Virus record (IMG/VR): IMGVR_UViG_3300025704_000003
Direction: 5' to 3' (one strand)
DNA: 64,000 bases
Source of the DNA: a virus
Shown: positions 1 through 9,734 of the stretch, piece by piece
Position numbering within the stretch: position 1 is the stretch's first letter
Layout of the letters: each line of letters begins with the position of its first letter
Program-made: the position numbers and the translations under genes
The notes under the pieces: generated by a model
What the model was told of the DNA's origin: nothing
The model's input: the letters and a program-made list of their open reading frames with translations, nothing else
The model's database searches: none

Positions 1-159
1 GATCCTAACTATGAGCCTAACTTTGAAGGTGTTGAAGATTCGCTCAAAGATCTAATTAATTATTCTTCGTTTGCTGTTGCCTATTCTCGTGGTAAAATTG
101 ACGGTCAAGACCCTAATCGCGATTTCTTAAATAGAGTAAAGAAAAATGACGAAGGATGA
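1..159 (+). CDS. partial CDS (3' end); nucleotide-modification-associated domain (Nmad1/DUF1599-like)
   Basis: Frame 1 reads ...EGVEDSLKDLINYSSFAVAYSRG...NDEG*; EDSLxDLxNY motif. Confidence 0.5.
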   Translation, partial: DPNYEPNFEGVEDSLKDLINYSSFAVAYSRGKIDGQDPNRDFLNRVKKNDEG

Positions 160-268
160 GCATATAAAAATTCTAGAAGAAAATGTTAGGCAGCTTCAAG
201 AACAATTGAATGCTGCTTACATTCGTATAGAAGAATTAAGAAATCCTAAAGAGAACTTTATTAAATGA
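146..268 (+). CDS. small hypothetical protein (40 aa)
   Basis: MTKDEHIKILEENVRQLQEQL...; stop overlaps the kdsA start (ATGA). Confidence 0.55.
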   Translation: MTKDEHIKILEENVRQLQEQLNAAYIRIEELRNPKENFIK

Positions 269-1047
269 TAAGAATAATTGCAGGACCGTGCCAGCACGAA
301 TCATTTGAACAGTCTTTAAAAATTGCTGAGCATTGCAATGAGATATGTAATAAGTATGGCATAGAGTATTATTTTAAAGCAAGTTTTGATAAGGCTAATC
401 GCACGTCTCTAAGTGGCGAGCGCGGTGTAGGAATTGATGCTGCTCTTCCGGATCTCTTAGCTTTAAAGGAAACTCTTGGTATAAAGATTTTAACAGATGT
501 TCACACCGAGGGACAAATAAGTAGATGCCGAAGTTTTGTAGATGTTTTACAGATTCCTGCATTTCTATGTCGACAAACAGATCTTATTTTAGCTGCTTGT
601 AACACTGATTGCATTGTTAATATTAAGAAAGGCCAGTTCCTAGCACCGTGGGATGTTAAAGGCATTCTTAGTAAAACAAAGGATGCTAAAGAAGTCTGGA
701 TCACCGAAAGAGGTACAAGTTTTGGATATAATACCTTGGTTGTTGATTTTACTGGCCTGCAGTACATGCTTGACAATTTTGATAATATTGTACTTGATGC
801 CACTCACTCAGTGCAAAAGCCAGGAGGACAAGGTGATAGTAGTGGGGGTAATAGGGATTATGTCCCAGGTCTTTGCAGGTCTGCTTCTGCTTTGGGTGTT
901 TCAAACTTCTTCATAGAAGTACATGAAGATCCAGACAATGCGCCAAGTGATGGACCTAATATGTTAAAATTAGAAGATTTTGATAAAGTAGTAGAGCAGA
1001 TAGTAGAGTTTAATTATGACGTCAACAGCAATACTTATTCCAGCTAG
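265..1047 (+). CDS. kdsA: KDO-8-phosphate synthase
   Basis: IAGPC, KASFDKANRTS, QIPAFLCRQTDL, NIKKGQF, ERG, DATHSVQ and SDGPN motifs. Confidence 0.95.
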   Translation: MIRIIAGPCQHESFEQSLKIAEHCNEICNKYGIEYYFKASFDKANRTSLSGERGVGIDAALPDLLALKETLGIKILTDVHTEGQISRCRSFVDVLQIPAFLCRQTDLILAACNTDCIVNIKKGQFLAPWDVKGILSKTKDAKEVWITERGTSFGYNTLVVDFTGLQYMLDNFDNIVLDATHSVQKPGGQGDSSGGNRDYVPGLCRSASALGVSNFFIEVHEDPDNAPSDGPNMLKLEDFDKVVEQIVEFNYDVNSNTYSS

Positions 1048-1699
1048 ATATAATTCTACAAGATTTCCTGGCAAACCGCTTGTAGATCTGGGCGGCGCGC
1101 CAATGATTCAACGTGTCTACGATAATTGCGTACAATCCGGCATCGACACTTATGTGTTGACAGATGATATGCGTATTTTTTCCTTATTTGGATCTAATAA
1201 TTGTTGGATAGATAAAACTGAATATTCTAATGGAACAGAGAGATGCGCAGGTGCTATAAAGTCTCGGTTCTTTAAGCAATATGATCAGTTCATTAACGTA
1301 CAAGGTGACATGCCAGATGTGACGCAAGAGATGATTGAAAAGACTATCTGGCATTTAAAAAATTATTCTGTTACTACTATGTGTGCTATGATGCCAGAAG
1401 AACAGCAGAATGATCCCAACACAGTTAAGTTAGTGAGAGCAGCTGATAAATGTTTGTGGTTTGGTAGAGGCATAACAGGATATGGAGATTGGCATTTAGG
1501 TATCTATGGATACAAGCGAAATGCCCTAGAAATGTATCCAGGTTTGACAGGCACCCGCGAAGAACGAATAGAAGGATTAGAACAATTACGTTGGCTAAAA
1601 AATGGCTGGGATATAGGTGTATTTCCATGCGAGTTTAATGGAATAGAAATTAACACAGCAGAAGATGCAAGGAAATGGAATGAAACTATACGATCTTGA
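1016..1699 (+). CDS. kdsB: CMP-KDO synthetase (3-deoxy-manno-octulosonate cytidylyltransferase)
   Basis: [32 protein letters not shown] and LEQLRWL motifs. Confidence 0.93.
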   Translation: MTSTAILIPARYNSTRFPGKPLVDLGGAPMIQRVYDNCVQSGIDTYVLTDDMRIFSLFGSNNCWIDKTEYSNGTERCAGAIKSRFFKQYDQFINVQGDMPDVTQEMIEKTIWHLKNYSVTTMCAMMPEEQQNDPNTVKLVRAADKCLWFGRGITGYGDWHLGIYGYKRNALEMYPGLTGTREERIEGLEQLRWLKNGWDIGVFPCEFNGIEINTAEDARKWNETIRS

Positions 1700-1901
1700 A
1701 CAGCCAATTATGGACTGTTGGCATATATGTAATGATCTTGAGACAGTGTTCAAACAGATCGGTGATGGTGAACGTGAGCCTACCCACGATGAGATGATGA
1801 ACGCCCTCATGGGGATTCAGCAACTTTATCAGTGGAAGTTTGAGCAATTATTTTTTATGTATGAACAGGTGATAAAATCACAGCGAGGAGAATTAGAATG
1901 A
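1680..1901 (+). CDS. hypothetical protein
   Basis: ORF coupled to both neighbours; start chosen at MKLYDLEQ. Confidence 0.7.
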   Translation: MKLYDLEQPIMDCWHICNDLETVFKQIGDGEREPTHDEMMNALMGIQQLYQWKFEQLFFMYEQVIKSQRGELE

Positions 1902-2239
1902 TCGCAGGTAAGGTGTGGGGAAATACGGAACTCGTAGAAGCAAATGGTGCTTTGGAATTCCATCGCATTGAAATGAATAAAGGTGGAGTGTGTTCTAAGC
2001 ATCTTCATGAATTTAAGTGGAATGGATTCTATGTAGAGTCGGGTCGTATGCTTATTCGTGTATGGCAGAAAGACTACGACTTGGTTGATGAAACCATTCT
2101 CGAGCCTGGAATGTACACAAAGGTCAAGCCAGGTGTATATCATCAATTCGAATGTCTTGAAGATGGCGTAGCGTTTGAGTTGTACTGGGCTGAGTTTAAT
2201 CACAACGATATTAAACGAGAAACAGTAGGCCACGCGTGA
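1898..2239 (+). CDS. cupin-domain protein (sugar isomerase-like)
   Basis: [12 protein letters not shown] and PGVYHQF cupin metal motifs. Confidence 0.7.
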   Translation: MIAGKVWGNTELVEANGALEFHRIEMNKGGVCSKHLHEFKWNGFYVESGRMLIRVWQKDYDLVDETILEPGMYTKVKPGVYHQFECLEDGVAFELYWAEFNHNDIKRETVGHA

Positions 2240-2658
2240 AAGTAGGATTTACAGCATCCACATTTGATTTACTTCACGCGGGACATGTTGCCATGTTACG
2301 TGAAGCAAAGTCTGTTTGTGACTATTTGATTTGTGGTTTACAAGTAGATCCAACGCTTGATAGACCAAAAAAGAATCAACCTGTTCAATCGATAGTAGAA
2401 AGACAGGCTCAGTTAGCAGCAATAAAATATGTTGATGAGGTAATTATTTATTGTACAGAATCTGATTTATGTGATATAATAAACATGTATCCAATTGATG
2501 TACGTATTCTTGGTGAAGAGTACAGAGATAAAGATTTTACTGGTAAGGATGAGTGTCGCAAACGTGGCATTCAACTTTATTTTAATAAGCGAGACCATAG
2601 GTTCTCGTCGTCTGATTTGAGAAAGAGAGTTCAATATGCAAATGACAGCAGTCCGTGA
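2236..2658 (+). CDS. glycerol-3-phosphate cytidylyltransferase-like (TagD family)
   Basis: FDLLHAGH (HxGH), YVDEV, SSSDLR. Confidence 0.85.
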   Translation: MKVGFTASTFDLLHAGHVAMLREAKSVCDYLICGLQVDPTLDRPKKNQPVQSIVERQAQLAAIKYVDEVIIYCTESDLCDIINMYPIDVRILGEEYRDKDFTGKDECRKRGIQLYFNKRDHRFSSSDLRKRVQYANDSSP

Positions 2659-3319
2659 CATTCGTCAGTATTTTATTGATGAACTAAAAGACGAAGCATA
2701 TACAATTGATAAGACCGGCGCTAAGACAATAGAAATGCTTGGCGCATCTTTTATTGCTGATGAGGCAGCTATCTTTGGAACAGTCAGCTATGATTATGTT
2801 CAAGAAGAATTAGAATGGTATGACAGCCAATCTACAAACATTAATGATATTCGCGAAGTACCTCCAAAAGCTTGGGAGTACGCTGCAAATAAACATGGTG
2901 AAATTAATTCTAATTATGGACATCTTATCTTTTCAGACAAATACTATAATCAATATGGTTGTGTGCTAGATGAATTGTTAGAAAGACCAGACGGCCGGCG
3001 CGCTTCTATGATCTACAATAGGCCGTCTATTTGGTTGGAGTTTAATGAAAATGGAAAATCGGATTTTATTTGTACTAACAGTGTCACTTACTATATTCGT
3101 GATAGCATTCTACATTCTGTAGTTCAGATGCGTTCTAATGATGTTGTCTTTGGATATAAGAATGATTACGCATGGCAACGTGAAGTAATGAGAAGATTAG
3201 TCAGAGATTATAACGGCTTAAGCCTTTATGATGACGGCGCTCAAATCGAAGAAGGTTCTATTACATGGCAAGTACAAAACCTGCACGTCTATGAAAAGCA
3301 CTTCCACCTTGTCAAGTAA
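2636..3319 (+). CDS. 42: dCMP hydroxymethylase (T4 gp42-like)
   Basis: DKTGAKTIEMLGASFIADE, ELEWY, GEINSNYG, DFICTN, MRSNDVVFGYKNDYAWQ and LHVY closely match T4 gp42, including the dCMP-specifying Asp. Confidence 0.88.
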   Translation: MQMTAVRDIRQYFIDELKDEAYTIDKTGAKTIEMLGASFIADEAAIFGTVSYDYVQEELEWYDSQSTNINDIREVPPKAWEYAANKHGEINSNYGHLIFSDKYYNQYGCVLDELLERPDGRRASMIYNRPSIWLEFNENGKSDFICTNSVTYYIRDSILHSVVQMRSNDVVFGYKNDYAWQREVMRRLVRDYNGLSLYDDGAQIEEGSITWQVQNLHVYEKHFHLVK

Positions 3320-3785
3320 GTGGGATCACCGCTATTTGGGATTAGCAAGAGAAGTCTCAAGTTGGTCTAAAGATCCGTCTACTCAGATCGGCGCAATCGC
3401 TGTTGGATCTAAAGGTCAAGTATTAGCTCAGGGTTATAACGGTTTTCCGCGTGGAATTTACGATGGCGATATCCGCTATAATGATAGAAAAACAAAATAT
3501 CAGTTTGTTGTGCACGCAGAACAGAATGTTATATACAATGCCACATATAACGGCGTATCATTAGATCAAGCAACTTTGTATGTGTGGGGTCTTCCTGTCT
3601 GCTCTGACTGCGCAAAAGGTATTATACAGGTAGGCATAACTCGTGTTGTAATGCCTGCTGCCGATTATCCTGATAAGTGGCTGGAATCCTTTGAGCGTAC
3701 AAGCGATATGTTTGGAGAAACTGGAGTTGAATATGAATTTATCGAATGTGATTACGAACCCTATAAGCAATATACCCAAGAATGA
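3291..3785 (+). CDS. cd: dCMP deaminase
   Basis: WSKDPSTQIGA, GYNGFPRG, HAEQN, PVCSDCAK; start uncertain (3291 ATG or 3309 TTG). Confidence 0.9.
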   Translation: MKSTSTLSSKWDHRYLGLAREVSSWSKDPSTQIGAIAVGSKGQVLAQGYNGFPRGIYDGDIRYNDRKTKYQFVVHAEQNVIYNATYNGVSLDQATLYVWGLPVCSDCAKGIIQVGITRVVMPAADYPDKWLESFERTSDMFGETGVEYEFIECDYEPYKQYTQE

Positions 3786-4698
3786 AAAGTCCCACGTGCA
3801 CGGGTGGACTCAACTGTGGCGAGATCAATTAAAAGCTTCTATTGACCACAAATGCACACCTCAAATTAAAAAAGCTGACGTAGTCTATATAGATCATGGG
3901 GCTAATTTTAGTGGTACTTTGAATTTGTTTGGTGGCGCTAACAAAGAAGTATATGACAGAATTAATCTTGTAATGTCATGCGATAACATTGTTTCGTTAG
4001 ATTGGGATATGCCTGATTATGGAGAGATGTTGAAGAAACGACTTGAAGCTCCTACAACATATAAAGGCATCACTCCTATGTGGTGTAATGCTGTCTCTAA
4101 ACGAATTAGAAGTATTACATCCCTCAAGCAGAAGGATCTAAAAACCGATGGCATTACCTTTGGAGATTCACACACAATCGCTTATAGCGGGGCTGGCGAT
4201 CGCGTGTACCGTACTGATGGTAAAACTTTATTTGGAACTATTCGAAAAGGTTTACGATCTGAAATATCGGAATCCATTGGAAAGCTTACATTATGTATGG
4301 GCTCAATTGATATTAGGCATCATGTTTTACGTCATGGCGATTTTTCTCTTAGATATACAATAAAAGAATATGTAAGACAAGGCAACGAATTATCTGACGA
4401 TGTATGGTTTACCGCTCCAGTGCCGGTAGAGTTTGAAGGTAGACGTATACCTAAATCAGGATTTTACAAAAAGACTCCATTCTTTGGTTCATGGAAAGAG
4501 CGGTGGGATCTTACAAACGAATTTATTGACGTGCTTAATGATGAGTCTAAAGGCAAAGTCATTATGCCACCAAAAGAATGGTATACAATGGATCCTGAAA
4601 AATACGCAAATACCTATATGGAACATGGTTCTAGTTTTCATATAGCCCCGCCATATTATAGACGCAACGATTGGGGAGTATCGCCTCTTGCCACATAA
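3733..4698 (+). CDS. putative DNA-base modifying enzyme: BGT-like N-terminal domain plus SGNH-like acyltransferase/hydrolase domain
   Basis: GGAG SD; N-terminal NLFGGAN resembles the T4 BGT NFFGGKPN loop; C-terminal FGDSH, GSIDIRHH and SFH. Confidence 0.45.
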   Translation: MNLSNVITNPISNIPKNEKSHVHGWTQLWRDQLKASIDHKCTPQIKKADVVYIDHGANFSGTLNLFGGANKEVYDRINLVMSCDNIVSLDWDMPDYGEMLKKRLEAPTTYKGITPMWCNAVSKRIRSITSLKQKDLKTDGITFGDSHTIAYSGAGDRVYRTDGKTLFGTIRKGLRSEISESIGKLTLCMGSIDIRHHVLRHGDFSLRYTIKEYVRQGNELSDDVWFTAPVPVEFEGRRIPKSGFYKKTPFFGSWKERWDLTNEFIDVLNDESKGKVIMPPKEWYTMDPEKYANTYMEHGSSFHIAPPYYRRNDWGVSPLAT

Positions 4699-5575
4699 TA
4701 ATCACGTTATTGATAAAATTAATAAAGATATTAATCCGTTTTACGGAGACCCGAAAGAGTACTATTTAGAATTAGCAGAAAACTGGGAGGATCCTTATGG
4801 AATCCCACATATTAGCCGGCATAACAATATTCGTGTTGTCCGTGATGATTTTTTGGTTGGCTCTAAAGTTCGTGGTGGCGATTGCCTCATCAGTAGCCTG
4901 GGCCCTCACATTGATACTATCGTTTACGTTCAACCTCGCACTGGCCTTGCTGGTGTTAGTATACTTGACGTGGCCAAGCGACACGAAAAAGACGTCATGC
5001 TTTTCATGCCCTCCTCAAAACGAATTAGCGATCACCAAGCCTGCTGCATCGAACGAGGGGCTCGTACTAGTTTTCATAGAATAGCAGCTATGCCTAATTT
5101 AAATCTAATTGCAAAGAAATGGGCCGATGAAAGAAAGAATGCTTTCTTTGTTCCGCTAGGTCTTAAGCATGAAATGGTAACGGCAGGCATTGTAAAGACA
5201 GCTTCTAAGATAAAAGAACCTGAAGAAGTATATACTGCCACGTCTACTGGGGTACTTACAAGAGCTTTACAAATCGCGTGGCCTAATGCCAAGTTTACTT
5301 CTGTTTGCGTGTCACGCAATATGAAGGCTGGTGAATTGGGTATTGCAGAGGCAGTATCAGAACCATTAGCGTTTACCGCGGCAGAGAAAAAAGATAATCT
5401 TCCACCATTCCCAACTATAGATACCTACGATGGTAAAGTATGGAAATATATTCCTAAAGATACAAATCGCGATATTCTATTTTGGAATGTAGGGCAGGAA
5501 CCAGTATTACAGAATCAAGCGTTACCAGATACAATAGATTCATATAGAGATTGGGAAAAGAATGTGGCTCAATGA
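4688..5575 (+). CDS. PLP-dependent enzyme (fold type II), similar to DNA-hypermodification PLP enzymes
   Basis: VVRDDFLVGSKVRG (Schiff-base Lys), STGVLTRAL, YDGKVW, LFWNVG. Confidence 0.75.
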   Translation: MPHNNHVIDKINKDINPFYGDPKEYYLELAENWEDPYGIPHISRHNNIRVVRDDFLVGSKVRGGDCLISSLGPHIDTIVYVQPRTGLAGVSILDVAKRHEKDVMLFMPSSKRISDHQACCIERGARTSFHRIAAMPNLNLIAKKWADERKNAFFVPLGLKHEMVTAGIVKTASKIKEPEEVYTATSTGVLTRALQIAWPNAKFTSVCVSRNMKAGELGIAEAVSEPLAFTAAEKKDNLPPFPTIDTYDGKVWKYIPKDTNRDILFWNVGQEPVLQNQALPDTIDSYRDWEKNVAQ

Positions 5576-6578
5576 AGAAGCAATTGATGTTCTTGTAAAT
5601 TATTATTATCCAAAAGCCGGTTGGTTACAAGATAATGTTAATTGGGGTGAATTGGACTATGAAGGTCCAGAAGCAAATAACATTATCAATGATCCTCTTA
5701 TGCAAAAGATTGATATCTACGATTGTAAAACGAGAAATGCTGCAGGCTTCTCAAACGTATTACAAGATCTAAGGTTCGGATCTAAAACTCCTAAGTGGAG
5801 ATGGCAGAAAGAAGATAGACGTAAGATTTCAGCATCAAACGATGATATTAACTGGACTATTGAAACCTGGCTATACACATTTCTTTGTCATCGCATAACT
5901 GGATCAGGGGCTTCATTTGAAAATGACCACGGTTATCGTAATAACATAATTCAACATTGGAGTAAACATAGAGACATTAAAGATATGGCAGAAGATTTAG
6001 CAGAGACTAAAGCTTCAGGCAAACCAATGTTTACGTCTATAGGCAATCAACCTCCGGCTCCAAAGAAAGGAGTTAGTAATGTTGACTTCATGGTAAATGA
6101 ATTGCCTGAAGTTATTAACAGGTTTACAGATTTTCTACTTTTGAAAAAAAGAGGACATAAAGAAATTGTAGATCATTTAAATGAGCATAATAAAAAAGCT
6201 GGTCATCGTAAATTTAATTTTCAGTATGCTGCCTTCTCTATGGATTGTTCTGACTATTTTCCAGAAAATGCTGACGTAGACTCTCATACATATTTAGGTA
6301 ATAACGCAGTAAGGTGCATGAAAAAATTATCAAGTGGGTGGAAGCCAGATAATTTTATGGACTTATTAAGAGAAAAAACTGGTGGTAAACCAAAAGATCT
6401 TGAAGATGTTATGTGTGACTTTGTTAGGTTCGGACAAAACTATGTACCACGTGGAAATGGAACGTTTGATCATATTCCTTCGACATTATCAAATGCATCT
6501 GGATGGGAATCCGGCTGGGAACAAAGACAAGGAATTCCGCCTATGAGGGGTGTACAACTAGATGAATTTATGGTATAA
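5562..6578 (+). CDS. aGPT-Pplase-like (amino acid/amine:DNA transferase family) protein
   Basis: KPMFTS, YLGNNAVRCM and DLEDVMCDFVRF resemble the aGPT-Pplase C-terminal ExxxCE/DF motif; adjacent to the PLP enzyme. Confidence 0.55.
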   Translation: MWLNEEAIDVLVNYYYPKAGWLQDNVNWGELDYEGPEANNIINDPLMQKIDIYDCKTRNAAGFSNVLQDLRFGSKTPKWRWQKEDRRKISASNDDINWTIETWLYTFLCHRITGSGASFENDHGYRNNIIQHWSKHRDIKDMAEDLAETKASGKPMFTSIGNQPPAPKKGVSNVDFMVNELPEVINRFTDFLLLKKRGHKEIVDHLNEHNKKAGHRKFNFQYAAFSMDCSDYFPENADVDSHTYLGNNAVRCMKKLSSGWKPDNFMDLLREKTGGKPKDLEDVMCDFVRFGQNYVPRGNGTFDHIPSTLSNASGWESGWEQRQGIPPMRGVQLDEFMV

Positions 6579-6584
6579 TAAACT

Positions 6585-7436
6585 ATGTTAAAAATTACAA
6601 TCATTGGCCACGGATTTGTTGGCAAGGCAATCGATTACGCATTTCAAGATGACGTAGAAAAACAAATTATCGATCCTAAATATGGGGTCGGTTTAGATGA
6701 TGTATCAATATCTGCTGATGTTACATTTATGTGTCTACCGACTCCAATGCACGAAAATGGACAGTGCGATACGTCTATCGTTGAACAACTTTTAAAGAAA
6801 GTTGCACAACGACGAAGCGGTCTAATAGTTGTTAAATCCACAATACCACCTGATAGAATAGAAAATTTATTCCGTGGTTCTGCTAAACATAGAATGGTTT
6901 ATAATCCAGAATTCTTGACAGAAAAGAATGCCAATGAAGATATTATAAATCCATTCGTACATATCTTTGGTGGCGAAAGCGAAGCTACTGAAAAGCTGGA
7001 AAGAATTTATAAAGAATACAGTATATGTAAACCATGTCCTTCATATCATATGGCAGCAACTGATGCTAGCTTTGTTAAATATGGAATCAATACTTTTCTA
7101 GCAACTAAACTAACATTCTTTAACGAATTTTATGATTCGATAAAAGAGTTCGGAGGTAATTATGGTCGTATCGCAAATGCAATTGGTACTGATCCAAGAA
7201 TTGGGCATGCCCATACTCGTGTCCCTGGCTTTGACGGCAAGCGTGGTTTTGGCGGTGCTTGTTTTCCAAAAGATGTTTCGGCGTTTATAAACTTTACTAC
7301 ACGTATGCCGTTGCTTGAATATGTCATGGATCGTAATAATAAGTATCGATCTGAATATGAAAAAGATGATAGAGAAAAAGAACAAAACATTCAGTATAAT
7401 ATGACTGGCGAAATAGCACATGTGAATGAACGATGA
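6585..7436 (+). CDS. ugd: UDP-glucose/GDP-mannose dehydrogenase family
   Basis: GHGFVG, CLPTP, KSTIPP, NPEFL, GFGGACFPKD. Confidence 0.9.
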   Translation: MLKITIIGHGFVGKAIDYAFQDDVEKQIIDPKYGVGLDDVSISADVTFMCLPTPMHENGQCDTSIVEQLLKKVAQRRSGLIVVKSTIPPDRIENLFRGSAKHRMVYNPEFLTEKNANEDIINPFVHIFGGESEATEKLERIYKEYSICKPCPSYHMAATDASFVKYGINTFLATKLTFFNEFYDSIKEFGGNYGRIANAIGTDPRIGHAHTRVPGFDGKRGFGGACFPKDVSAFINFTTRMPLLEYVMDRNNKYRSEYEKDDREKEQNIQYNMTGEIAHVNER

Positions 7437-8371
7437 AAGTATTCATAACAGGAATAACTGGCTTTATCGGGTTTCATCTGGCCCGTGAGCTTAAAGCTTT
7501 CGGGCATACTATTTTAGGTGTAGATAACTTTAACGCTTATTATGATAAAAACCTAAAAATGGATCGAGCAAAGATTTTAAATGATTCGGCTATACAAACG
7601 TATGCTGATGATATACGGCATTTTAATTACCTTCAAGATTATCTAGATGACGTAGATGTAATTGTTCACTTGGCTGCTTGGGCTGGAGTAAGAAACTCGC
7701 TGGACGATCCGTACACCTATATTGATAATAATATCAATGGAACACAACGAGTAATTGATCAGGCAGAAAAACTTAATATTCCTGTTGTCTATGCTTCTAG
7801 TTCTAGCGTCTATGCAGGACAAGAACCTCCATTTGTTGAGGATATGCAATTCAAGCATCATTTAAATCCTTATGCTTGGACTAAATATGCAAATGAATGC
7901 CAATTTAAAAGCAGTAAATTGCCTTCGTCAATTGGCTTTAGATTTTTTACAGTCTATGGACCTTATGGACGACCTGACATGGCTTTACATGGATTTACAA
8001 ACAATATCATCAAAGGTAGACCAATTGATGTTTATGGCTTTGGCGAAATGTCCCGCGATTTTACCTATGTACAAGACATCGTAAATGGTGTACAATTGTT
8101 AATAGATAAAGTGCTTAGAAGTAAGTCTCACGAAATCTATAACATTGGCAGCGGAAAATCAATTCCGCTTATGAAATTCGTAAATCTTATTGAAGAAAAT
8201 CTAGAACGTAAAGCAGACATTAATTATTGTGATATGCATAAAGCTGACATTCGTCACACATTAGCTGATATATCAGAGATCAAGAAACTGGGTTATAGAC
8301 CTATGACAAATATTGAAACTGGTATTGCTGAATTTGTATCATGGTACAAACAATATTATAACGTAAATTAG
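7433..8371 (+). CDS. NAD-dependent epimerase (UDP-glucuronate 4-epimerase-like)
   Basis: TGITGFIG, HLAAWAGVR, ASSSSVY, YAWTK, RFFTVYGPYGRPDMA. Confidence 0.9.
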   Translation: MKVFITGITGFIGFHLARELKAFGHTILGVDNFNAYYDKNLKMDRAKILNDSAIQTYADDIRHFNYLQDYLDDVDVIVHLAAWAGVRNSLDDPYTYIDNNINGTQRVIDQAEKLNIPVVYASSSSVYAGQEPPFVEDMQFKHHLNPYAWTKYANECQFKSSKLPSSIGFRFFTVYGPYGRPDMALHGFTNNIIKGRPIDVYGFGEMSRDFTYVQDIVNGVQLLIDKVLRSKSHEIYNIGSGKSIPLMKFVNLIEENLERKADINYCDMHKADIRHTLADISEIKKLGYRPMTNIETGIAEFVSWYKQYYNVN

Positions 8372-8382
8372 GAGACACACAT

Positions 8383-9429
8383 ATGTCAGTAATGGACAAA
8401 CTCAAAAAGAATTCTAAGTTAAAAAACACGGAGGTTCTTTCTGAGTCAAAATTCTTTAATGAAAAAGATATGACTCCGACAGATTCGCCAATGATTAACG
8501 TGGCGCTATCTGGATCTGTAGATGGAGGTTTGGCTTCTGGTCTTACAGTTCTTGCAGGTCCTTCAAAGCATTTTAAAACTTCTTTTGCTTTGATTATGGC
8601 AGCAGCATATTTGAAAAAGCATAAAGATGCTGTAATGTTGTTCTATGATTCAGAGTTTGGTTCACCTCAGGCATACTTTGAGCAATTTGAAGTTGATACA
8701 TCTCGTGTTCTTCATACACCAATTACAAACGTAGAAGAACTAAAATTCGATATGATTGGTCAATTAGAATCGTTAGACCGCGGTGATAAAGTAATTGTCG
8801 TCATTGATTCTATTGGCAACCTTGCTTCTAAAAAAGAAATGGAAGATGCACTAAACGAAAAGTCAGTTGCTGATATGTCAAGAGCAAAAGCTCTTAAAGG
8901 ATTGTTCCGTATGGCCACGCCATATCTTGCTATGAAAAACATTCCTATGTTAGCAGTTAATCATACGTACCAAGAAATCGGCTTGTTCCCTAAAGCTATT
9001 GTTTCTGGTGGCACAGGCATTTATTATTCTGCAGATAATATTTGGATCCTTGGTCGTCAGCAAGACAAAAAGGGTACAGAGATTCAAGGGTACCATTTTG
9101 TAATCAATGTAGAGAAATCACGCTATGTTAAAGAAAAATCTAAAATTCCTATTACTGTTTCTTGGGACGGTGGTGTCCGTAAGTATTCTGGTTTGCTCGA
9201 TTGCGCTCTTGCTGGTGGTTATGTTACTAAGCCTTCCAATGGCTGGTATGCTATGGTCGATCAAACTACTGGCGAAGTTGGACCAAAAGTTCGGCACGAT
9301 GCCACTCTCGATCAGTCCTTCTGGGACCCAATCTTTGCTGATACGGATTTTAAAGAGTTCTTGAAAAAGCAATACACGATCGGCCACAGAGAACAAGTAT
9401 CCATGGATGAAATCATTGAGGAAGCATAA
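8383..9429 (+). CDS. uvsX: UvsX RecA-like recombinase
   Basis: AGPSKHFKT, FYDSEFG, DSIGNLASKKE, SGGTG. Confidence 0.96.
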   Translation: MSVMDKLKKNSKLKNTEVLSESKFFNEKDMTPTDSPMINVALSGSVDGGLASGLTVLAGPSKHFKTSFALIMAAAYLKKHKDAVMLFYDSEFGSPQAYFEQFEVDTSRVLHTPITNVEELKFDMIGQLESLDRGDKVIVVIDSIGNLASKKEMEDALNEKSVADMSRAKALKGLFRMATPYLAMKNIPMLAVNHTYQEIGLFPKAIVSGGTGIYYSADNIWILGRQQDKKGTEIQGYHFVINVEKSRYVKEKSKIPITVSWDGGVRKYSGLLDCALAGGYVTKPSNGWYAMVDQTTGEVGPKVRHDATLDQSFWDPIFADTDFKEFLKKQYTIGHREQVSMDEIIEEA

Positions 9430-9734
9430 TGATTAATATCGACAAACTCTCAGAAGGGGTAGATTACGAATTAATTCCATCACCAGAAAACGATCAGTCT
9501 TGGTGGATCAGAGTTCTTACTGGTCCATACGTTGAAACAGTAATACAATTTGGCGCTATTACAATTAATGGGCCAGATGAAGCTATTCATTATAATTTTG
9601 AAATCATTGAAACGCCTGATGATACCTTAAATACTGACGACGAAAACTTTCAACAATATACCGGATTAGTACTGCACGACGTGATTGAAATGGCAATCTT
9701 AAAAGATGAATTGCTTATGGAAGACAAAAAATGA
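9429..9734 (+). CDS. hypothetical protein (T4 gp40 syntenic position)
   Basis: Acidic 101 aa ORF between uvsX and gene 41. Confidence 0.6.
   Translation: MINIDKLSEGVDYELIPSPENDQSWWIRVLTGPYVETVIQFGAITINGPDEAIHYNFEIIETPDDTLNTDDENFQQYTGLVLHDVIEMAILKDELLMEDKK

Noticed and set aside
2636-3319. Calling this gene thymidylate synthase (thyA)
   Set aside because: The sequence follows T4 gp42 and has Asp at the specificity position; thyX is present separately.
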